Positions 1 through 12,410 of a stretch of DNA of 64,000 nucleotides are shown piece after piece. Where the stretch lies: the NCBI RefSeq assembly GCF_006345805.1, contig NC_043007.1, positions 48,174,001-48,238,000 on the forward strand, read 5' to 3'. The number at the start of each line of letters is the position of its first letter. Positions within the stretch are counted from its first letter, which is position 1. The notes below the pieces were generated by a model. That model had not been told where the DNA came from. It saw nothing but the letters and a program-made list of their open reading frames with translations, and made no database searches. Source of the stretch: Octopus sinensis. Lineage: Eukaryota. Position numbers and translations under genes: made by a program.

Positions 1-249
1 AAAGTTGTAAAAGTTGTAAGAGGTTTAATACCTCGTTTTGTGTTTGGTTTTAAAGAACAATGTTTTAGAGTAGCAAAAGTCGGCCAATGCTTTTTGTCTT
101 CTCCCATCCTTATCATCTTTCTTTCATTATCATTCATTTCATTAATGTCCTTGTCCAGCCCGCAAAGCTACTTTACTCTATGTGCTGCCTTTATGGCAAA
201 TATAATGAAATAAAGAAACTTGCTTCCCTACTACATGGTTCCTGTTTCT

Positions 250-572
250 GTTCCATTGCATGGTACCTTGAGCAAGTCTTGTGAATGGATTTGGTAGATA
301 GATACTGAAAGAAGCCCGTAAGTGCATGTGTGTGTATCTTTCTGTCTCTGTTTATCCCCCACCACTGTTTATCTTCCACCACATAACCACACCAGTGTTG
401 GTGTGGTTATGTTTCCATTCCCATAACTAAGGAGTTAAGCAAAAAGAGACTGATAGAATAGCTACTAGGCTTTAAAAAAATAAATACTGGGGTCGATTCA
501 TTCAATTAAAGTTCTTATAGGCAGTGCCCCAGCATCGCCGCAGTGTAATGACTTAACCAGATAAAAGATAGG
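250..572 (+). mobile_element. SINE family B (GGCACCTTGGGCAAG core, CCAGCATGGCCGCAGTC 3' part), degenerate
   Basis: Similar to the copies at 7180, 12980, 23346 and 46270. Confidence 0.75.
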
Positions 573-810
573 AGAGACAGCATGATAGAGGAAATAGGTA
601 ATGATAGTAAGCATGGGACAATGGTAGATTGAGTCAAATAAACAAGGGAAATGATGCATGTCAACAAAGAGTAATCAAAAATGACATGTAAGAAAGAGGG
701 TATCAAGATGGAAGGATAGCAATAAAAAGTTTGGTAGAGAGAGAGAGGTGAGAGAGTGAGTTAATTTGCAAGATACAGGGTTGTATAAAGAGGGGAAATG
801 GTTGTCAATA

Positions 811-916
811 GTGACAGGAGAGCTAAATGTGTATGTGTACATGTATGTATGTATGTATATATGTATGTATGTATGTATGTATACATGTATACATACACAT
901 TTAGCTCTCCTGTGAC
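811..916. repeat. 36-bp inverted repeat enclosing a (TATG)n loop
   Basis: Arms 811-846 and 881-916 are reverse complements with 2 mismatches. Confidence 0.9.
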
Positions 917-954
917 ATACATGTATGTTTGTGTGTGTACATATAAATATATAT

Positions 955-2277
955 GTGTTAAAGTAGGGAGGAAAGGCAAACAATTAGTGAAGGCAGGACA
1001 AGGACATTTAATTTCATTTAATTCAACCTAAAAATTTAACTACAGAACAAATAGTATAAAAACAGTGCAAACTGGTAAAGAGAGTCTCTGACAGCTGTTT
1101 CTGTGATATCCCAGCTATTGGAGCCTTATATCGAGTGAAGACACAAGTCAGGTATTCCAACAACGGAGAAATATAGGCTAGATAGTGGAAAAGCTGTTCC
1201 TCATCAATGTTATTTGTTGTGGTTCATTATGTTCAGGAGGATCCAGCTAAATCCATCTGGATCAGGTCTTCTTTAGGTAAATCCATGATCAGAAAGAGTA
1301 GTACATCATGATGAGGAGAGGGAACAAATTGTTATGCAATACTCCATATTGAAGGAAAATGAAATTGAATGCTAGCAGATCCAGCATTGTGCATGGAATA
1401 AAGATAAATACTGGTGAGAGCAAAGATAAAAAGGTAAGAGGAATGCATTGGATGTACACTGTTCAGTGTATTGAAATGTAAAGGTGACCAGCTGGCAGAA
1501 GCGTTAGCACGCCGGGTGAAATGCTTAGCAGTATTTCGTCTGTCTTTATGTTCTGAGTTCAAATTTCACCAAGGTCGACTTTGCCTTTCATCCTGGGTGG
1601 GGGGCGATAAATTAAGTACCAGTTGTGTACTGGGGTCAGTCTAATTGACTGGCTCCCTCCATCAAAATTTCTGGCCTTGTGATTAGAGTAGAAAAGTATA
1701 CTGAAGTGTATTCACTCCACAGGAAGAGTGAATGTAAGCAGTTCCAACATTACCTTTTCATCTTTGCTCTCATCAGAATATATCCGTATTCCATGCACAA
1801 CACTGGATCTGCTAGCATTCAATTTCATTTTCCTTCAATATGGAGAACTGCATAACAATTCTTTCAATCTTCTTACCTTGATGTACCACTTAATCAGTCT
1901 TTCTGATCATGTACTCACCTAAAGAAGACCCAATACAACTGGATTTAACTGAACCCTCCTCCCCACCTGGACATAATGAACCACAACAAATATCATTGAT
2001 GAGGAGCAGCCTTTCCACTGTCTAACCTATATTTCACCAATGATGGAATACCTGACTTATATGATGGAATACCCGACTTATATGATGGAATACCCAACTT
2101 ATACAAAGCTTCATTAGCTGGGATATTCCAGAAACAGCTGTCAAGAGACTATCTTTACCAGTCTTGTACTGTTTTTTACCAATGTTGCCAAATGTTTAGA
2201 TTGAATTAAATGAAATGAAATGTCCTTGTCCTACCTTGATTAATTGTTTGCCTTTCTTCACTACTTTAACCTATACT
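955..2277. mobile_element. Foldback/MITE-like element with about 0.5-kb degenerate inverted arms and a central SINE
   Basis: About 955-1465 is the reverse complement of about 1700-2277; the right arm has a 21-bp triplication at 2040-2102. Confidence 0.8.
1483..1700 (+). mobile_element. SINE family A (tRNA-like head GCTGGCAGAA...GTTCAAAT, GTCGACTTTGCCTTTCATCC body)
   Basis: A-box/B-box-like head; same family as the copies at 18234, 22135 and 55540. Confidence 0.85.
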
Positions 2278-2499
2278 TACTGACTGAAAGTGAAGCCACC
2301 ATTAACCGTTTTTTAACAAGACCTTCACATGACCACAACTTTAATTGGTGTTCTAACTGGGATTTAATCATTCAGAACGTATACCTAATAGTTTGAGTCA
2401 TCGTGATCTAAACTCCTCATATCTTCTTTACATATATATATATATATATACATATATGTAAATGTGTGTGTATGTGTGAGTATGTGCATGTGTGTATGA

Positions 2500-2567
<68 letters not shown>

Positions 2568-2600
2568 CATATATGTATGTATGTGTGTGTATATATATAT

Positions 2601-3628
2601 TAAGGGCATTACTATACATAAATCTTAAAGTCAAAACTACCATAATAACCACATTGTACCAAACGCGAGGGAATGCAACTCTCGAAGCGAGCCTCCTAAA
2701 AACAGACTCAGTTGCATATCATATGATTTCGTAATTAGGGCACAAAATGCACTTTTTACTCATCAGTGTAAAAATGCACTTTTTACATAGTCAAGACATA
2801 TAAAAATAAACAAAAATCAACATACCAGACAAGCACCACATGTATCCAGCATAGTACATAGAAATTGTTTACACTCATATATCTATGTAAGAGGTGGGCT
2901 TTTCGAATTGCATTTTGATTCACGTGTTTATTCAGAATAAAATTCAGTACTGAATATATTCTGATTAAATTTGCAATTTAAATATAGGATAAAATCTTTA
3001 TAAGAATTTATCAAGTAGTTAGCATGAAAAACCTCATAAGGAAAAAAAATCTATTAACTATTCCCTATAAATATATTTATTTATATTAAGGGCATTACTA
3101 TACATAAATGCCTCACACTAGGAGGGACTCTTAAAGTCAAAACTACCATAATAACAACATTGTACTGAACACAAGAGAATGCAACTCATGAAGCGAGCCT
3201 CCTAAAAGCAGACTCAGCTGCATATCATATAATTTTGTAATTAGTGCACAAAATGCACTTTTTACTCATCAGTGCAAGCATAGTCAAGACATAAAAATAA
3301 ACAAAAATTAACCATACCAGACAAACACCACATGTATCCAGCATAGTACGTAGAAATTGTTTACACTTATATATCTATGTAAGAGGCTAACTACTTGATA
3401 AATTCTTAGAAAGATTTTATCCTTCGCCATGATAGATCGTTAGCCACTAAACACATTTTTTTTCTCTCCTAGTTTCTCTCCTAGTTTCTCTCTTTGTTTT
3501 TTCTGTAGAAGAGCGTAGGCTCGAAATGTAAAAAACTTTTTTCTATTCCTGAGCATTATACTAATACATCTGTTTGTTTTGTACACCACCTGTCTTCGTC
3601 TTTTGTTTTTTCGTAAACTCTCCCTATA
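2601..3628. mobile_element. Non-autonomous composite, probably PLE-derived: tandem partial copy, 38-bp inverted repeat (2986-3023/3386-3423) and hammerhead-bearing 3' end
   Basis: 2601-2895 is repeated at 3088-3385; the terminal segment resembles 57489-57640; flanked by (TA)n. Confidence 0.65.
3498..3535 (+). ncRNA. Minimal type I hammerhead-like motif (variant core)
   Basis: ttttt-CTGTAGA-A-GAGC gtag GCTC-GAAA-T-GTA-aaaaa. Confidence 0.5.
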
Positions 3629-4061
3629 TATATATATATATGGATAGAACAAAAACAATAATTTAATGTAATAATTACCACTTTGTTTACATTACCATCA
3701 CATATGTATCAATTATTTTTGCATCTTAGCCAATGCATCTATCTATATTCACATTCTGAAGAGATTTACTTAAACCAGTAAATTGAAGCGATCATAAATG
3801 CTACTCTCATCACTGCTCCTTCCTTCTTTGTTATCTATTTAATTAAAGACATACCAGTGAAAACCACGAGTTTCCCATTGTTATTATATCCATTTTCTTC
3901 TCCTATATATATGTATGCATGTATGTATATGTGTGTGTGTGTGTGTGTGTATAGAGTGTTAGGTGTGATGTACAGAATTAAATACTGAGAAAAAATGTCG
4001 TCAGAATTTTGGAAAAAAATCCTTTTATTTCTTCATTATTATTTTGTTCCTAACATTGCAG

Positions 4062-4152
4062 TACTGGGATAAAGATTTGGAACTAGTTGCCCAAGCACGA
4101 GCTGAAAGCTGTAATTGCTCCCACGATAAACCTTATTTCCGGCAAATTCCTG
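4062..4152 (+). CDS. CAP gene exon A (phase 0-1): YWDKDLELVAQARAESCNCSHDKPYFRQIP
   Basis: ttgcag|TAC...CCTG|gtaaac; matches the CAP motif WDxxLxxxAQxxAxxC...H. Confidence 0.9.
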
Positions 4153-5639
4153 GTAAACTATAATTTATTTCTTCTCACAAGATTTACCACACTACCATAA
4201 AGAAATGGTTTTTGTCTAAGACAGTAAAGTGCCTTCAATATTTTGTTATTGCTGCCTGCATTCAAATCTAGCTATGATTAACTCTGTCTTTCATCCCTCC
4301 TATATTAATAAAATAATGCCAGTTTTAACCTGTATTGTTGTTGAATTTCCAGGGCTTGATAGGTATTTAAGACATGACCATTACATCGTTTTTCTGCCTT
4401 AATGTATCTTGGACTACATTATCCCATATGTCCTTGAATTTTTAAAAGAGGGTAAAATCTAATTTGAAACAGATGTAGCAACCTATTGTAATGGGTCAAT
4501 TGACTATATAAATGCTTCTCTGCTGAGAAATATTTGAGATATAACATTGTCGCTACTGTTTAACCACGGGAAGACCTTAACCTTTCATTACCATATTTAT
4601 TTTGAGATGCTCTGTGTTTCTTTCAATTATTTTAAATATAACAAAGAATTTAGTAAAATAACTTAGTTACTATTAAGCTAGTGTTAGGAACATAAATTGT
4701 GACTAAGTTTTGGTGGAAGATTTTAATTCAAAAAAAGTTTTGCTCATAAGGTTTGGATCAACCCATGAGTATAGAAAATGGCATTTGCCCAAGGTGCCAT
4801 ACAGCAGAATAGAAACTAGAAACTCATGATTGCAAAGTGAACTGTGTAATCATTCTGTCATACTGTGCCTACAATATGGAGGTAATGAGAAAATAAACCA
4901 TGGATGTCTAGTGAGTGGACCAGAAGTGATGCCAATAGTCTCATTATGACTACACTTTCTATAATTATAGGTTAATTACTGTAATTAGTAAAGACCCCTT
5001 GGTTGATTATATCTTTCCTTTATCTTGCTCTGCCTACTATAGTCTAGTATCTGCTATTGGCATCACTTCTGGTCCACTCACTAGACATCCATGGTTTATT
5101 TTCTCATTACCTCCATACTGTAGGCACAGTATGACAGAATATTACACAGTTCACTTTGCAATCATGAGTTTCTAGTTTCTATTCTGCTGTATGGCACCTT
5201 GGGCAAATGCCATGTTCTATACCCATGGGTTGATCCAAACCTTATGAGCAAAACTAGACAAACTAAATCTAAATAGAAGCCCATCAGATGAATTGTAATT
5301 GTAATTCATAGGCCCGCCTTTGTCACACATGCAGTCACACTGATTCTGCCTAAGAATTCCATTAAGAGTACACATCACTATGGAATACCCAACCATATAC
5401 ATGCTTAATGCAAAGCCATATACATGTTTAATGCAATGAGCATGGTAATTTAGTTGGTCAAATAATTGAACACCTATGATTGTAAATTCTGACCAAGATC
5501 CATTTACCTCCCTATGATACAAGTCGACAAATGAACTGGAACTACTCGGGAGCTAACAGTTTCTTCTTAGGTTGGTACTCCACCTCTGAGTCTCTCTCAT
5601 TTTTTCCCACCTTTATCTGTCATTATGTCTTTCTGCTTA

Positions 5640-5704
<65 letters not shown>

Positions 5705-6042
5705 ATCTATCTATCTCTCTGTCTGTCTATCTATCTATTTATCTATCATGTCTCTTTTAGCTTTTTCTGTCTTCCACTATGACACTTCTCTCTCACTCTC
5801 TTCTGCAACACCAAGCATTATTGAATTATTCCACATTGACTACAATCTCTTAAGATCTGACAAATAATTTCTAACATTGAGAAATATTTTTTTTCAGGAA
5901 AATTCCACACTGGTCAAAATTTAGCCAGACAAGTGGACAGTTGGGCAGCAGCCATACATTCATGGTATGATGAAAGGAAAAGCTTTACTTATGGTGTCAC
6001 TAATGATTTCTCTAAAGTAGGACGTTATACAGAGGTAATGAA

Positions 6043-6114
<72 letters not shown>

Positions 6115-8010
6115 TATTATTATTGAGTGAGAGAGCAGTGCATGCCATCAAAGTGACACTGGGATATAATATACGAAGCCCAGTATACCCATCATGACTA
6201 CCCATATGATAAGGTTACACCAGGCACATGCATCACAACCATATGTGTGCGACATGGTGATCTCATATCAAGATAAACAGTATATGACCTTGCAGGTGAG
6301 GCCCAGTTAGAATTTTCTTCTGGTCGAGTAGCCCATTCCACTCAAAAGGTCCCAGAATAAGGGTTGTTTAAAGATGTTGAACGAACCACCCATGTTTCCA
6401 CAGGTGAATTATCCAAACCTCCAAGAATTCCTTTCAACACATGGCTATGATGCTCCCCCACTACTTTTACTCATGATCAGAGATGCACATATCGTCAGCC
6501 ACTAAGGGACATGCTCAACTGGTTAAGGTCAAACAACTGACATGCAAATCTGTGGTATTGAGCAGAATATTTGCTGTAGCCTGTCTTTTATACCAAGACA
6601 AAACAATGTACATGATAACACTTCCAATCAGTTAAGATCAGAAGCCATGAGAGCCACTGTCTGGGACTGCATCAGGGCGTTATTATTACTATTATTTTTA
6701 TTACTATTATTATCATTATTATTATTATTATTATTATCATTATTATTATTATTTTTATTATTTTCTTGTGTTTGACTTTTGCTTTGTGTTTGTATAAGTT
6801 GACTCCAATAATAATGATAATAATAATAATAATAACTATTATTATTATCATTCATATACATTCAACAGATTAGCTTGTTGGAAAAGCAAAGAATCCTAAC
6901 ATCGGGCTACAAGTTGCCTTATATACCAAGAACCCTCCTATCAGGTCACAGCAAGTACCCTTAGATGCCAAGAACCCTCCTAAGTATCCTAGCTTTCCCT
7001 AATAACACTGTTTTCTGGAGCTGTATTAAACTGGGTTTTATGCCTATCCCCTCTATCCACATATTCAGATCTTTAGGGATAGTTCCCAATGCATCTATAA
7101 CTACTGGGATACATTTTACCCGCACTTTCCATAGTCTCTATAATTCAATAGTTAATGTTATCATCGTCATCATCATCATTGGTTGTTTTGTAAGAAGCTT
7201 GTTTACCAACCACATGGTTCTGGGTTCAGTCCCACTGTGTGGCACCTTGGGCAAGTGTCTTCTGCTATAACCTAAGGCCAACCAAAGCCTTCTGAGTGGA
7301 TTTGGTAAACAGAAACTGAAAGAGACCCATTGTATATATGTATATATATATCTATGTGTGTGTGTCTTTGTGTCTGTGTTTGTCAACCGTTACCACTTGA
7401 CAACCATTGTTGGTGTGTTTATATCCCCATAACTTAGTAGTTCAGTCAAAGAGATCAACAGAATAATTACCAGGCTTTAAAAAAATGTCCTAGGGTCGAT
7501 TTGTCTGACTAAAAATGGTGGTACTCCAGCATGGCCACAGTCACATGACTGAACAAATAAAAGAATAAAAGAATTATTTGATGTAAACTCTTAGCTTATT
7601 TTGCGGGGTATAATGAAAAGTGTCTGCTGTCCACATCCAGCAGACTAAGGTGACACTTGTTTACTGATCATGCTTCACTTTGCAGAGGACTCTCGCAGTT
7701 CCAGTCAATGATGTTTTTTGTAGGTGTTCTACCTTCACAATTGCACCAATCTTTTTCAGCCATGTTGGTAGTTGATGGCTGATACTTCCAAGCCTGCCAA
7801 TTACTACTGGTATCGCGTCCACTCTTTTCATTGCCTACAACCTGCATATTTCCCACTTCAAATCACCATAGATGTTCAGTTTTTCTTCTTTCTCCTTGAT
7901 TCTGTTGTCACTGGGACATGCTATGTTGATTATCATGCAAGTTCTTTTATTTTTGTTCATCAGAACATCAGGTTTCAGATGTTTCATCTAATGGTCACAC
8001 TGAATCATTG

Positions 8011-8048
<38 letters not shown>

Positions 8049-11000
8049 TATTATTATTATTATCATTATTGAGTGAGAGAGCAGTGCATGCTATCAAGGT
8101 GACACCAGAGTAAAATATACGAAGCCCAGTATACCCATCATAACTACCCGTCTGATAAAGGTACACCAGGCACATGCATCACAACCACATGTGTACAACA
8201 TGGTGATCTCATATCAAGATAAACAGTGCATGACCTTGCGGGTGGGACCCAGTTAGAATTTTCTTCTGGTCGAGTAGCCCATTCCACTCAAAAGGTCACT
8301 GAATAAGGGTTGTTTAAGGCTGTTGAATGAACACCCATATTTCCACAGGTGAATTATCCAAACCTCTAAGAATTCCTTTCAACACACGGATATGATGCTC
8401 CCCCACTACTTCTGCTCATGATCAGAGATGTACATATCGTCAGCCACTAAGGGACATGCTCAACTAGCTTAGGTCAATAATATTATTATTATTTGAGTGA
8501 GAGAGCAGTGCATACCATCAAAGTGACACTGGTGTACAAATATCAGAAGCCCAATATACCCACCACTACTACCTGTCTCATAAGGGTACACCAGGCATTG
8601 GGGACTCATATCAAGATAAACAGCACATGGCCAAGTAGCCCATCCTGCTGAAAGTTTTCCTGAATAAAGTTTGTTTAAAGATGATGAGCCAAACACCAAT
8701 GTTTCCAGAGATGAATTATTCAAACCACAAAGAATTCCTCTCAACACATGGCTATGATGCACCCCACCCCATCGCCCACTGCTCCTACTTGTGATTAGAG
8801 ATGCATATATTGTCACCTACTAAGGGACATGCTCAAGCAGTTATGGTTAAACAATGAATGAGCAAATCTGTAATGTTAAGCAGAATATTTGCTGAAGCCT
8901 ATCTTTTATAGCAAGACAAAACATGTACTTGATAACACTTCCAATCAGTTAAAATCAGAAGCCATGAGAGCTGCTGTCTGGTACAGCAGCAGGGCATTTG
9001 TTACTAATATTATTGCAAGCAGAGGACTTAAAAGGTATACATACACACATATATACATGCATGCATACATACATACATACATACATACATACATACTTAC
9101 ATACATACATACATACATGCATACATACATACATACATACATACATACATACATACATACATACATACATACATACATACATACAAGCATACATGTATGT
9201 ATATATGTTTGTATGCATGCACGGGTGTGTGTGTGTGTGTATACATATGTATATAAATGAAAAAGAAACTTAATTCCACAGTAATAGAAATATAAAAGAA
9301 TTGGCTTGGGAGTTCAAAATGCACCTGGGTCTTAAAACAAATTGTAAATTTTTTAAAAGAAGTCATTAAAGTATCATACTAGTTTCAACAATATTTTGTT
9401 TTTCAGGGGTAAATATAAAATATGAAAGAGGATAAAAGTTTAATAGAGAATGCACTGAAGAAAGTTCCATAACCATATAACATGCTAAAACCTATTGAAC
9501 ATTTGATTTTTTTTTTTTACATCTAGAGGATAATTAATTTAATTACCCCCACTAATTACAGCTGTGTGGAGTTAATGTAATAACCTCCACTAGTTATAGG
9601 TGTAATAACCATTACCAATATGTCTTTATTGTGTTTGTATTTTTTAAGATGGTACAAGCTAAGACTATAAGAATCGGCTGTGGCTTTGCAAAATGTTCAA
9701 GCATGGATTTCTACGTCTGCCATTATGGTCTAGAGTAAGTAATGCATTATATATATATTTCATCATGTCGAACCATTAATCCCTAAACATTTTTTCTCTC
9801 TCCATTTTTTTCATTATCTTTCTGTGTTTTTACTCTTAATTCTTTGTCAAAGAGTGTAAGCTTGAAATATCAAAGACTTTTCCGTTCTTCCCAAGCATTA
9901 ACCTAATGCACCTGCTTGTTGTTCCCTCACCTGTCTTTGTCTTTTGTTTTGTGTAAATTTGAACTATATATATATATACGCACATGCATGTGCACATACA
10001 CACACACACACACATACACACCTTATAACATATTAGGTTGAAAAGAAAAGTCCTGTTGCATTTTTTACATGCTCATGTTGAGAGTTTTCTATACTTCTAG
10101 TAAAAATAACCATTAATATTTACACTTGGATTGTTTCTTTTTCTCAGAAGATTACTTTATTCCATAGTGATTACATTTGTACTGATTTTACCCTTTTAAA
10201 CTGACTTTAGATCAGACCCACATCAAACATGCTATATGAATATCTCTGAAACCTCACCAGTATATCACAGTACACCTAGGTATATCTAAAAGCTCACTAA
10301 TACATTGCAGTTGACCATTTTAGCATCACTGCTCTTCCAGCTCAACTATCTTTGTATCAGGAACTTATATATGAGCTGATATAATATTGTGTGACATTCT
10401 TGAATATATTTACACTGAAGTGATATACTCCGGATGAACTCACAATATAATATCAGGAGTATGCCCTTACTTTGTGATATTCTCATTTTCTTTATAATAT
10501 TAACAAGTGACTCTAACTGGCAAAATAATCAGCTTATCCGGGGTACAGATCTCCTGATGAACTGGCAGTACTGCCATCTACAGCATGGAAATATTCTCCT
10601 AATGAACTAACAATACAGACATCAGGAGGATGTATCTGCTCTGAGGTGATATACTCCTGTAGAACCAGCAGTACAGCCACCAGGAGAAGTATCTCCCTAC
10701 TATGAAGATACATCATCATCATCATCATTACCATCCTCCTCCTCCTCATCATCATCATCATCATTATTTAGTGTTTGTTATCCATGCTTGCATGGGTTAC
10801 ACAATCTGACTGGAATTGGTAAGCCAGAGAGCTGTACCAGGCCCCAGTCTGGTTTGGCTTGGTTTCTATGGCTGGATGCCCTTCCTAAGACCAACAACTA
10901 CACAGAGTATAGTGAGTGCCTTATATGTGTCACCAACATGAGTGTTTTTTACATGTCACCAGCACAAGTGCCTTCTACACGTCACCGGCACGAGTGCCTT

Positions 11001-12346
11001 TCACATGTCACTGGCCACGACTACAATTTCACTTGGCTTGACATGTATTCTCAAGCACAGCAAATCAGCAAAAGGACTCGATCACTTGTCATCGTCTCTG
11101 TGAGACTCAACATCCAAAGATCATGCTTCACCACCTCATCCCATGTCTTCCTGGGTCTGTTTCTTCCTTAGGTTCCATCCACAGTTTAAGATACATACTT
11201 CTAATACACATACATCAGGAGTATATCTCTACTGTGAGACATTTACTTATAATTGGTTTAAAACTTTTGCTATTTCTTGTTTAAAGCAATTTCATTATAT
11301 ATGTCTACCCAAGAATACACTAGCTGTTATGAAACACTATGCTCCCTGGAGCAGATATCAATCTATCATTGCTAGTTTTGTTTTTAACCCTTTAGTATTC
11401 AGGTTATTCTGTCAAATGTAATGCTTATGTAATCGAATTGTTTTGAATTAATCATGCAAAAATATTGTAGCATGGAAATTTTGAGGATGCGATTGCTTAT
11501 TCTTAGAATGACATTGTAAGATAAGTGTGCAAGGCTAGATCCAGCCAGTTTGAATATAGAACAAGTAGAATATCTGGGCTGGATATGGCCGGTTTAAATG
11601 CTAAAGGGTTAAGGTACCAGAAAAAAAGGAAACTCCTTCTGCTATTTGGTTACATGCCTTTATATTCTGAGTTCAAATCCTCCCTGTGGCAGTCTTACAT
11701 TTAAGTCTTCTGATGTTGATATAATAACTGTCAAACAAGTACTAAGATTGATTTGAAGTAGACTGTATCTTTGGAATTGTTGTTCAAGCATGACCTTAAA
11801 AATGAATGAAACAAATAAACAAAACCATATAGTAAAAATATATAAGGTTTTGCACAATAACAAAACATTCATTATCACAGAGAGAGACTCCTGCAGTATA
11901 AAATGATGATGTACCTATGCAAGGTGCCTAAAAGTGCAATATTAGAACCAACAACAACAGTGTAAACTGAAAAGATATGTGAGAGATTCTGACTGAAACT
12001 GGTCAATAGACTAATACTATTCTTGTAAGAGTATAAATATATCTTGTCATGGTGGTAGTGGTAGCAGTAGTAATAGTAGTGGTTGTTGTTGTTTTTATTG
12101 ATGTATGTTGTTGCTACTATGGTTATAGTACTGTCTGTATCGCTTTTATTTCAGAGCAAGCTCAGTGACAAACATATCCCATCCTTATGAAGTATGTTCA
12201 GAAACTACATCCTTAACAGGTCTGTTAACTATACTCTCTGACACACATGCAAGTATGCACACATACACACACGCACACACACAAACACACACACACACAC
12301 AACACACACACACACACCACACACACACACACACACACCACACACA

Positions 12347-12410
<64 letters not shown>

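Noticed and set aside
1-4061. Search for the CAP gene signal-peptide and HNxxR exons
   Set aside because: No spliceable segment with these motifs was seen. The region is repeats, so the 5' exons probably lie upstream of the window.
10554-10600. CTGATGA followed by a hairpin as a hammerhead
   Set aside because: No GAAA closes stem II, and there is no stem III or cleavage triplet.
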